DNA from: Eledone cirrhosa
Lineage: Eukaryota
Direction of reading: 5' to 3'
Assembly (NCBI GenBank): GCA_964016885.1
Contig: OZ024740.1
Location: 387,190,001 to 387,254,000, forward strand
Length of the DNA: 64,000 bases
Shown: positions 52,577 to 64,000 of the stretch, one piece after another
How the letters are laid out: each line of letters starts with the position of its first letter
How positions within the stretch are numbered: the stretch's first letter is position 1
Notes under the pieces: generated by a model
Database searches by the model: none
What the model was told of the DNA's origin: nothing
The model's input: only the letters and a program-made list of their open reading frames with translations
Translations under genes and position numbers: made by a program

Positions 52577-52761
52577 CAGACCTGTCAACTCTCCCCGTCC
52601 GACGGGGAGATCTACCACCCACTTTGGGGTGGGTGAGAGATGTCTTCTCTTGCGAAAATGCTTCCTATGTAAAATCTCCCCATTTGCCTCATTTCTCCCC
52701 GTTTTGGGGCACCTTTTTTCGTGGTACACCGCATTTGGGCTTTTAGAGGTTGGCAGGTCTG
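52577..52761. mobile_element. 185 bp MITE with hAT-like TIRs and a 6 bp TSD
   Basis: TIRs CAGACCTGTCAAC / GTTGGCAGGTCTG, with AAATAC on both sides. Confidence 0.75.
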
Positions 52762-52784
52762 AAATACTCACAGCGAGACTTGAG

Positions 52785-52935
52785 TATGTTTGCAGCACAG
52801 TTACGTCCGTTTACGGACTGAGTTCAAATCCCGCCGAGGTTAACTTTGCCTTTCATCCTTACGGGGTCGATAAAATAAAGTACCAGTAATACACTAGGAT
52901 AATTGCTGGCCTTGTGCCAAAAGTAGAAACAATTA
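52785..52935 (+). mobile_element. SINE family 1 copy
   Basis: B-box, core and 3' end are present. Confidence 0.8.
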
Positions 52936-53052
52936 TATATAAACAGGTTCTTATACGCCTCTATTATGAATCACGCTGTGTTAGTTCTACTGCTGATTAA
53001 AATTAACTTGTCAATCTTGCACTATATGTAAATGAGATACCATGAAAATGAT

Positions 53053-53290
53053 TCTTCTTCTTCTTCTTCTTCTTCTTCTTCTGCTTCTTCTTCTTCTTCT
53101 TCTTCTTCTTGTGAGGGTTGTGGCGGCAGAATCCTTAAACACTCCTTCCAGCTAGTCCTGTCAGAAGCAACCGTCTCCAACTGGTCCGGCTGGATCCCCA
53201 AGTATGACCAGCCAAGCTTAGGGATGTTATCCAACCACCTTGCTCGAAGTTTAGCCCTGGGTTTCCTGCCAGTTGGTTTTGCCCGTAATA
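53053..53290 (-). mobile_element. RTE/Rex3-like LINE 3' fragment with long (GAA)n tail
   Basis: AKPTGRKPRAKLRARWLDNIPKLGWSYLGIQPDQLETVASDRTSW. Confidence 0.85.
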
Positions 53291-53502
53291 TGCTTCGTTT
53301 ACCAAATCTATAAGTTATAAATGTTAACACCTCAGTATACTATAGTAAGTCAGTATCACTAATGAATGATAATAATCAGGAAATACGTATAGCATGCTCT
53401 TACACGGACATTGAGGTTGCATACCTAATGGAAATTTGGAGCCAAAGTTATTTACTCTTGTGTGTTAAAATGATCTTGCTAAAGAATTATCGTCGTTTAA
53501 AG

Positions 53503-53693
53503 AGCGGTGGATTGGCAGTATCGGTAGAGTGTCGGACGTCATGCTTTGCAGCATAGAGTTACGGTCCTTTACGGTTTTAGTTCAAATCCCGCCGAAGTTA
53601 ACTTTGCCTTTCATCCTTACGGGGTCGATAAAATAAAGTAGCAGCAACACACTGCGGTAATTGCTGGCCTTGTGCCAAAAGTAGAAACAATTA
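53503..53693 (+). mobile_element. SINE family 1 copy (near full length)
   Basis: Head GCGGTGGATTGGCAGTATCGGTAGAG, B-box, core and 3' end. Confidence 0.8.
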
Positions 53694-53797
53694 TCGTTGT
53701 CTAAAGAGAAAGCAGGGTTTCTTGTCTCAAGACTAAAAAAGAAAAGTAATCTATTTGTCGAGAAAGAGAAATTTCAATTTAGCAACATACTGTATAG

Positions 53798-54112
53798 CAG
53801 GGGTTCTCAACCTTTTTTTCGCCGTGGATCACCAAAATAAGTAATTTTTTCCTGTGGACCACCTAAACTTTTAAATCTTTTAAATCAGTAGATGTCTTTT
53901 TCAATGAATTAGAAAATGCTATTATCATGTGGCAGTGCCTAAAAATCGACGCAAATAAACAGCTGAAGTCGTACTTATGCGAAGAATAAGAACAGCGCTT
54001 TAAGTCAAATGCATGGATCAAAAAAGAATTTGCTATTGAAAATTTTCTGCGGACCACCTGAATTTTCCTGTGGACCACTAGTGGTCCACATGGACCAGGT
54101 TAAGAACCCCTG
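53798..54112. mobile_element. hAT-Charlie-type MITE
   Basis: TIRs CAGGGGTTCTCAACC / GGTTAAGAACCCCTG; TSD CTGTATAG / CTGTATAA. Confidence 0.88.
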
Positions 54113-54239
54113 CTGTATAATACATGGTCAATGTAGGTATTGCATTGGCCATCTCAGAGTTCTTCATAAAGTTATCTCACGCTCATGTACCATCTAACCT
54201 GCTTCAGCACGAAATCCATTGCTTCAGCATGAAATAAAA

Positions 54240-55490
54240 AGAAAAAAACAACTTGAACGCAGTTCTACTGCATAGCAAGAATGTAAATCCACGCATTCCT
54301 ATTGGTCACTCAGATCACCTAAAAGTATAAAGAAAGCCATTCAATACTGTGTTCTTCAATGAAATCTCTTCGGGGATCTCAAAGTTACTGGAATGCTAAT
54401 GAGTATGCAAGCAAGATTTATAAAGTTCTGTTGCTTCTTATGCTTATATAAGAGTCGTGCTATCACGGATAACTATATTAAACGTGACTGTCCACTAAGG
54501 TCAACATATCTCCCAACAATGAATCTGTCACTTTAGTTTATCAAAAGAAAATATTTCTGCCATCTAAATTGGACTAAATGAAAAGTTTTGTTAGGATTTC
54601 TATATGAGTGTGGCAGAATTAAAGGAAGTAATATTAGAGATGTTTTAAAAGATAGTGGATTAAACAAACAGATTCTTAATACGGTGGCATTAAAGACTAG
54701 GTAGGCTTTGAATGTTTTTTTTGTTTTTTTTTTGCTTTATTGAAAACTTTTGTGGAATATTAAATCGTTTTGTAGAATATTAAGTCGTATTGTGGCGTAT
54801 TGAGATTGAATTGAGAAGTTACTTGGTGGTGCCTATTAAGAACTAAATTGTCTAATATTCTTAAAATACACTTCCTATATTATTATCTACATTTCTTTCT
54901 ATAAAATCTTGGTGTGCTAAACGATAAACAAAGAGAACAATTCCACCAAGATATCTTTGCAATGGAAACAGGTTTCCAGGGATTTCGAAATTAGATTATA
55001 ATAACTGACTATTGGTGGTAATTATATCTCGACGACTCAGGTTAAATTTTAAAAGAATAATGTTCATGACACGTTAAAAACTTGTATGATGCATACGAGG
55101 TTGACTTTGTCTTTCATCCTTACGGGGTCGATAAAATAAAGTACCAGTAATGCACTGGGCAATTGCTGGCCTTGTGCCTAAAGTAGAAACAATTATTTAA
55201 TTATATGTGTCTTATTAATATAAAAATGAATTTAAAATTAATTATGCATCAATTAATCAAGTGTAAGCTGTTTACTTTGGTTCAAGCAATAAACAAACTT
55301 TGCATTAAAGTGTTATTTATTACACCGTAAGTATTGAGAAAATTGAAAAAAAACATCGTTGAAAATTGAAAAAATAACTAGACGTAATAAGGAAAATCTA
55401 AATATATATCTGGAATCAGCGATCAAAACGTATTCCGGGAGGGCTAATTTCACCACTAGTGAAAAAAAATGTTTTTTCTGTGACCAGACC
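54240..55490 (+). mobile_element. Chapaev3-like (CMC) DNA transposon remnant, with a SINE inserted at ~55097-55195
   Basis: LNAVLLHSKN.NPRIPIGHSDHLK, GDLKVTGMLM..KFCCFLC..SRA, KKIFLP and LKIHFL..L.FF..NLGVLNDKQREQFHQDIFAME..TDYWW follow the Chapaev3 transposase motif order. Confidence 0.75.
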
Positions 55491-55636
55491 AGAGTTATTG
55501 GTAATGTGTATCTGAGCACAGTACGTGGGATAATTTATTAATGCCACAGCTAATTCTATCTAAATGTATTTGTTTATATATATATATATATATATCTTCA
55601 AATATATATATAGTCTTCAAATTTTATTATTATTAC

Positions 55637-55681
<45 letters not shown>

Positions 55682-56329
55682 GGGTCACAACTGTTTATAA
55701 TTTTTTTAAATTTAATTTTTCATAAGTAATGTTGAGGTGTGACAAGGATTGACGAGTGCAAAATAATTTCCATTATGTCCTTTAAGATATATCAAAATTT
55801 CATACATCAATCTGTACACTTCAGGAAGTTAATAAAAACTAAACCCATGTGTATATATATATATATTTATTTTTTATTTTTTTTTTTTTTACTCTAGTTT
55901 GAATTGAAGAGATATGTCCTTTTAGGATATGGTTGCAGAAGTCTCAAGTATTGTGTATGTGTCTGGGTGTTAGCATATTTTTTTCATGAAATAGTAAGGA
56001 CTGTGACGGTTGAATTTTACTGTAGACACAAACTATGCCCCTCGCATATCTAGGAGATCTTCCGTTTTTAATACTTTTGTTTCGTTGAGTTGGTAGTCTG
56101 TGTAAAATCTGTAATGATGCGAAACACACTTCTTTCTGTTCTTTGTATAGTTTCTTGTTGCTTGTTGTAGAAAGATTGTGATCCAGACAGGGCTGGTATA
56201 ATTCATGAAAAAATGTATCATTTTATATAGTGTTATGTCTTTCTGTTGGTCAAATGTTGCTCCTGTCACTACTCTAATAATTGTTTCTACTTTGGGCACA
56301 AGGCCAGCAATTATCCTGGTGCTTTATTT

Positions 56330-56800
56330 TATCGATGTTTTATGTGTCGTTTTGCTTTCTTTACCATGTCTTTCTTGTGCTGGAAGTATTGTTGAGATGT
56401 TGTATGTATCTCCTATTATTTTCATCTTCTGTTGAATGTAATGTTTCGTAGCATTTTATGTTCTTCAGCGTTGCTCGTAAGTTGAAGACAGTGGCTCTGG
56501 CAGATGTTTAGGAACCAGTTTCTTGGTGATTGATGTTAGGTTTCAGTATTTGTATAGCTGTGTCAGAAAATGGAAGGTTGTGAGATATCAATTGGGTATA
56601 AGATTGTGTGTATGTTTTTTTTTATGTTTTAAGGTATAGAAAGGCTGTTGTATGTTTAGATTAAAGAGAATGGTTGAGAGGAGGGTTCCTTGTCATATTC
56701 CATTTAGGACATTGCAAAGTCTGGACGTATTGTTTTTGTACAATACACAGAATTGGTGATATGAGAGATAATTAGCTAGCCAGTGTTCTATGTTGATTTT
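56330..56800 (-). mobile_element. Very old LINE RT remnant
   Basis: Minus frame NGI*QGTLLSTILFNLNI resembles the RT motif GVPQGSVLSP.LFN. Confidence 0.4.
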
Positions 56801-56832
56801 TAAAACGAACCAACGAAGATGCTACATCACAT

Positions 56833-57092
56833 TTAACCTTTTTAGTACCGTATTTCTCTTGAAAGACACTCTGTAATGTTCAAATAATTTGGAAAATAAT
56901 CAAGAATTTGGAGGATTTAATGATATATCTAACTTTCTCGTAATTAAGCTGGTGTTTGGAATGTAACTTAACAAAATTTCTTACATAAAATTATTATGCG
57001 AAATTTTTTTGATAAATTCAAACAATTTAGAATATACAAATTGTATCAAAGAATCAGGGCCGTTTCGGGTGGTTTGGGATCAAAAGAGTTAA
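56833..57092. mobile_element. piggyBac-like MITE
   Basis: Bounded by TTAA-CCTTTT ... AAAAGAG-TTAA; homologous to 2825-3095. Confidence 0.6.
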
Positions 57093-57094
57093 AT

Positions 57095-58245
57095 TGACCA
57101 AATATTCACACTGCGGCAGGTCTTCGAGAAATCGTAGGAATATTGCCAAGAGGTATATTCTTTTGTCGACCTTGAAAAGGAATATGACCGCGTTCATCGA
57201 GACCTGCTGTGGAAGATTCTGCGGAAGTATGGGATTGTTGGTCAGTTTCTTGCTGCTCTGATGTTTCTGTGCGAATGGCCGAGTATTTGTGTTTGGATAA
57301 ATGGTGCTAAATCGAAACTATTCAATGTTGGAGTCGGACTCCGCCAAGGGTGCATACTGTCACCTCTCGTGTTCATTATTTACATGAACAGGATTGATAT
57401 GTGCAACTGAGTTGGAAGTGGTATCATGACTGGCGAGTGTAAAATCAGTAGGCTGGAATTTGCAGACGACATGAAGTTTCTTAACCCGACAGAAGGTGAT
57501 TTTCGACTTGTACTCGATAGGTTTGATGCTGAGTGCTGCATGGCTGGAATGAAAATCAGTGGTGCGAAAACTGAGACACTCGTCCTCCCTAGGAAGCCTG
57601 CGCAGTGTACCCTAAATGTAAATGAAGTTCCACTGAAGCAGGTAGATAAGTTCAAGTATCTCGGGGACGTGAAGGCAGGAGGCTGAATTAAGTGCAAGAA
57701 TTGCAGGAGCTGGTGCAGTAATGTGCCAACTTCATCATTCAGTAATCAGAAGGGAGGTACGCGTAAAAGCCAAACTCGCTATCTAGAATTCGGTATCCGT
57801 GCCAACCCTTATTTATGCTCATGAATCTTGGGTAATGACCGAAATAATACAATTGCGAATACAAGTGGCCGAAATGGGATTCCTCTGAGGGGGGGGGGGG
57901 GGGTCTTTCGAGTAGTGTTACTCGATAGAGTGCGTAGCTCGGAGATCAGAGAGTCACTCCAGGTAGAGCCGCTACTTCTTCGAATTGAGAGATCACAGCT
58001 CCGATACTATGCGCTGGACAGATTTTACGGGCAAAACTAGCCGGCAGGAAACCCGGGAGTAGGCCCCGAGTAAGATGGTTAGATAACATCCATGAGCTTG
58101 GCTGGTCTCACTTGGGGATCCAGGCGGATCAGCTGGAGATGGTTGCTTCTGACTGGACCCGCTGTAATGAGTGTTTGTGGACTCTTCCCCCACGACTCTC
58201 TCAAAAAGAAGGAGGAGGTGGAGGATGAGGAAGAAGAAGAAGAAA
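57095..58245 (+). mobile_element. RTE/Rex3-like LINE, RT through 3' end
   Basis: DQIFTLRQVFEK, FVDLEKEYDRV, VGLRQGCILSP, LEFADD, FKYLG and EPLLLRIERSQLR, with a (GAA)n tail. Confidence 0.9.
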
Positions 58246-58343
58246 GTTTCTATCCATACCAACAACAGAAAAAGAACTCTATTAGTCGGATATACAAGCT
58301 CATGAACCACTAGTCGGTTATACAATGCTGTCATTCTTTAGAG

Positions 58344-58924
58344 CAGTGATTCTCAACCAGTGTGCCGCGAAATTTTGAACGGCACACTAAGAAAATGCGA
58401 AAACCCATGTGATCCCAATTGAGTATTCACAGTCTGTGGTATAATATGTTGCATCACATAACTTTGTTCATTTAGGGATGAGCGAAATGTTTCCAAAATG
58501 TCGCAATGCTAAAAATTCTATATCTTTTATTGTTTCGTTCGTCATTAGTATTGATGTGTTAAGGTGAGATGCCCCCGCTTTTATGGTAGAATCGACCTCT
58601 AAAACTGAGACAAATGAAATATTTCTTTTCCATCTAGTTCTAATTTTTGCTGAGATATGACCGAAAATGGTTGAAAAATAGCGTAATTTTCAGAGTTCTT
58701 TTGAGAAAATCCAAATAAGCTATGAAGATGATTTTTACATTTTTAGAATCAGAAAACCAGTCATTGTATGGTAACAGAAGCCTTTTTCTTTTGATATTTT
58801 TGAAAAAAAAAATGTTATCGTCATTAGTGTGCATATATTTTTCATATATATTTAGCCAGGTGCGCCGCTATTTTTTTATGTGTTCCAAGGTGTGCCGTTG
58901 GCAAAAAAGGGTTGAGAACCACTG
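58344..58924. mobile_element. hAT-Charlie-type MITE
   Basis: TIRs CAGTGATTCTCAACC / GGTTGAGAACCACTG; perfect TSD CTTTAGAG. Confidence 0.92.
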
Positions 58925-59599
58925 CTTTAGAGTGACGTGTTTTTCGTACTCAGGGATTTTTATTTTCAGCAAATTAGTGGACATAAAAGATATCAGGGTA
59001 CAAATCTCCGACCGATCGCTTGTTTCCCCGGTGTTCTGTCAACTAGACATCCACGCTCCTAATGTCATCAATACTTTCGCGGCGGAGAGAATCTCTTTAA
59101 ATTCTGTGAGGGAGTTTCCGATGTCCCTTCTGGCGTGTGACCGATTGACGCACTTAGTGTTCAATAGATGCGTGTGTTTTCTTCGCTTTGATTGTATATT
59201 TTTGTGTTATAATTATAAGGTTCGATGAATTCTATTTTCATGTGAAACATCATGATTATAATATATTAATCTTTGTTAATAAATCATAACTTCATCTGAA
59301 AGATTTCTGAACAGAGAGACAACCGCCACTTAAAATACCATCTTTTTATGTTACTGTCTTTTCTTTTTGGTCTTCTAATTCTTCACTTATTATCACAGCT
59401 TAAACAGGGGCGGTAGAAGCATTTCTGAATTGGTGGTGGTAGTGGGGGGGGGGGGGGATTTGGTAAATTTAGTTGTAGTGATTAGTTTAGCTCTTTGCAC
59501 TCTAAAATGGTCAGAAAACTTCGATATGCGATAAACATAGCATGTACATAAATTGTGGCGCATATACAAATATATGTGTTTTGGTAAAACAGATATATG

Positions 59600-59720
59600 G
59601 TTCTTTATTTTATCAATCCCCGAAGGATAAAAGGCAACGTTGATCTCGACAAAATTTGAACTCAAAACGTAAAGGGCATAAACTAAATACCGCAGGCATT
59701 GTGGCGGGCCCTCTAACAAT
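59600..59720 (-). mobile_element. SINE family 1 copy (another diverged copy at ~60400-60570)
   Basis: Reverse-strand core and B-box TTTGAACTC. Confidence 0.65.
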
Positions 59721-61270
59721 TTTGACAAGCCACGAGACCCGATCCAACCTTCACTATTCAGTCATATCTTTTAGACATAATGTATCCAGGTCTATATTAT
59801 CTAATGTATCCAACATTTTTTAAAGACAGCAGAGTGATTTCAAGAAGATTTGGTTGCTATTTCTAGCGGGTTGAGCAATTACGTAGAGCCTCCCTCGTCT
59901 CTTTTGTAGAGATGTGGGAAATACTACTCCTTTGACATTCGTGCTTTTCTCTGGAATACAAACTGGGTCATAATTTTGGCTTGCCTTAATATTTAATTAT
60001 TAATTATGTCCTATTGAAGGGATAGAAAGCGTTTCAAGAAGAAAAGGAAATTAGGCGTTGTGATGTTCAACCCTTTCTCACTGGTGTGACATACAGGAAG
60101 GGAATTCATTACTTTCAAGTAGGAATCGAAACAAGTTAAATTCGGTTTACTAACAAAATTCCTTATCTGTTGCTTCACAGTTTCATTTATAACGCCGATG
60201 TTTATTTTTACTTAAACATAAAGACCTTGTATTTTAGAGTAGAGAAATGGGGAAGTGACCTTCATCTTTATCCTAGATAAATATTTGCAGCGTCTTTTGA
60301 AGTGGAATTACTCAGGCGGGATAATGAAATTGTCTAGCGATTTTGACCAGATAACATCTTCAACACCAGTGCAAGTAACATCAAAGATTTTAAGAAAAGG
60401 GACACAGTTGGTTCCAGTATTTACCTTATATTCATTTATCAACCACGGGAGAAGGAATGAAAAACTAAGTCGATTCGAATAGGATTTGAACTCAGAAGGC
60501 AGAAGACGAAGGTAAATACTGAAAATTGGTTATTCCTCCTGACGCTCTGATACTTCTGCTAACTCGTTGCCCAGCTGAATTATCTCAAAATGAAAAACAT
60601 CAGAAAGACCGCAAGGATGAGATAAAAAAAAAAGAAAGAAAGAATGAAAACAGAAAGAGCGAAAGGGAAGAGAGGAAAATAAAAACAAATCCAATTGATA
60701 GGAATTTTCAACAGCTAAATGTTCAAGTTAAAGCAACTTTAACCCATATTAACTCCGATAAACAAACTAATGGCACTTGTAGATTTGTTATGGTTACAAG
60801 GCTCAAGATCAATGTATCATTTATATGTTTGTTTATTTATTTATTTTTTATATTCATTCAAAGGAGATTATTTAGGTTACAAGGCTCAAAAGGCGCTTCG
60901 AAGGGGATAATTTAGGTTATTGGCCTCAGAGGCGTTTATAAAGTGTGCTATTTAGGTTACGGCAGTCTACAACTTCAATAGATTTTTTATTAGTCTTCTT
61001 AAAAAAATAAAAGAAATTATATATAGTTTTTAGAGTTATAATAAAACTAAAACAATAAAAAAAGAAAGTAGACAACTAAAAACAGTTATTCTAATTTCGG
61101 GTTGCTTTTTTTCTCCTGTTTGATTCATTATTTTTTTAATATTTTTTTAATTTCTATATTACAAATGTAAATTCATTTAGCAAACTTTTCAATTCGTAGA
61201 GATTGTGAAAACAGAAAACTACTAGTATATGAGTGCACCTGTACACACACACACACATACACACAAACAC

Positions 61271-62450
<1,180 letters not shown>

Positions 62451-63042
62451 ATACATGCATACATGTTAATGTATGTATCCGCACAATTTGCTTCAACATC
62501 GACTATATTTAAAAAGGTAACCTGTCCCCGCGAAGCTAGTTATTCATGTCAAGCCGTGTATCACATACAGTTCCCTCGCTGTTGTGTGAGGATAAACACT
62601 ACTCTGCTCTCCCGCAGGAACTTCGCGCTTTGCTGTACTAGTGAAAACAGATTACCAACGTAAAATCTTTTGTCCACCGTTAACGATTTCATATTACACG
62701 GAGTGATTCGGCGTTTTTAAACTGTAATTTTGCAGTTAGCGACTTTCATAAATGGAAGTAAAAAGAGTTTTAAGTATTTAAGAAATTTATACAATCAGCT
62801 CAAATGGTGTTGCCTCTTGCCGTGGCAGTGTTTATCAACGTTGTGTTCATTATGTGACACATTTCTGGAATATCTACTCCGATCATATTTGTATATATCT
62901 ATGCAAAGAGTGTCACAAACATAAATATATTTATTTATAAATATAAATGCGTACAAAAACATTCACAAAGTATTTTATTCGAGTTTTCTATCGGCGTAAA
63001 GAAGGCTTTAATGGAAAACTGCCAGTTGTCTCCAAGTGTATC

Positions 63043-63585
63043 ATGGGTAATACTGACGTCACTACCAGCCAAACAAAAGATGGCGAAGAAAGTGTGCGAA
63101 TGAATTGCTATGCTGCCAATACCCGTTCTTCCTCGACTTCGTCTCAATGCCGCTCAGTTCGTCCGAAACAAGACGACGACAACGACGACGACAAAACGAC
63201 GAAGTACTGTCATTACAATCGGTGTTGTTTGCTCAGCTCCGGCGGCCAAGTTGTTACACCGACCAGTAACAACAGTCCCAGAGCCGTCCCTACTACTACT
63301 ACAACAACAACAACATCCTCAACGGCATTCGGGGCCCCTTCTTCACCGCCTTCAACTCGTCGTCGTCGGAGACGACTTTGCCTTGGCCGTGGCAGTTCTG
63401 ACCCTTCTCTTGGCTGTCATTCTGGAGAAAGTAAAAAAGAGCAGATCCGTACGACTGCGAATCAATGTTATCAAAAGAAGCGTTCTGCCATGGTGAGAAG
63501 CCGGTCCTGTTGTTGTTGTCAGTGTGACATCGTCGGCTTCGCCATACAATGCGACCAATGTATCGAGATAGATCTTTGTTTACAG
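63043..63585 (+). CDS. Probable host coding exon ending in a ZZ-type zinc finger (ADA2/TADA2B-like); start may be 62947, 63043 or 63490
   Basis: Open, CpG-rich frame ending CCCCQCDIVGFAIQCDQCIEIDLCLQ, a ZZ pattern lacking the last Cys and the His pair. It is followed by the phase-0 donor-like CAG|GCAAGT. GCCATGG at 63490 is a good Kozak context. Confidence 0.6.
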
Positions 63586-64000
63586 GCAAGTACTAATACA
63601 CATTCACCATTTACTCTGAAAACCTGATCCATTGGGTTTTTTATTTTGCTATTGTATTTCATGTTTACATCTTGCAGCTTCATTTTCTATGTGCATGCCG
63701 TATTTACAAACCAGGCAATACATCACTTATGATTACTTATATGTACTACAACACACACTTGTATGAAGCTATGAAATTTCTTCCTATTGAATATGATTAG
63801 TTTTACTAGATTCATTTATTTATATTGCCTCGGATCGACACCATTTCCCATTTATCCCTTGCAAGCTATACGGTCACTGTTTATGTTATCAACTTAAACT
63901 CTCTAAAATATGTCTTCGGATATTGTGCATTCAGTCAAAAGAAATACTATTTTAATACATTGATGCGTCTGAAAAAATTGTACGATCTTCTAAATATATA

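Noticed and set aside
53503-53600. tRNA gene
   Set aside because: The A/B-box-like head runs into the SINE core and no cloverleaf forms.
58935-59230. Locally GC-richer open frame, possible host exon
   Set aside because: No recognisable domain and no convincing splice-site pair.

Overview
This is AT-rich eukaryotic DNA saturated with repeats. The SINE repertoire and dense (TA)n/(CA)n/(CATA)n arrays suggest a cephalopod, probably an octopus (inference). There are no prokaryotic features, rRNA or CRISPR, and most ORFs in the supplied track are microsatellite artefacts. Main contents: (1) A decayed R4/Dong-type RLE non-LTR retrotransposon sits in a (CATA)n array (12624-23416). Its ORF is split at an A^T site by two head-to-tail Helitrons: a 0.9 kb non-autonomous copy and a 5.8 kb RepHel copy that lacks its HUH motif and ends in a second mini-Helitron. 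Removing both restores the frame exactly. (2) About nine unrelated short element families carry minimal type I hammerhead ribozyme motifs or remnants. They lie in (TA)n tracts as fold-backs or 420/525 bp tandem units, resembling Penelope-like pseudo-LTRs or non-LTR retrozymes. This is the most interesting system in the window. (3) A ~600 bp bipartite RTE-derived element with (TATG)n tails, including a tandem array. (4) Fossils of HERO, CRE, Rex3/RTE, Gypsy, Tigger/pogo and Chapaev3, plus hAT and piggyBac MITEs, many SINEs and several minisatellites. (5) One plausible host exon near the right end encodes most of a ZZ zinc finger (ADA2/TADA2B-like) and ends at a GC-AG donor. All family assignments come from motif recognition by eye, not database searches.
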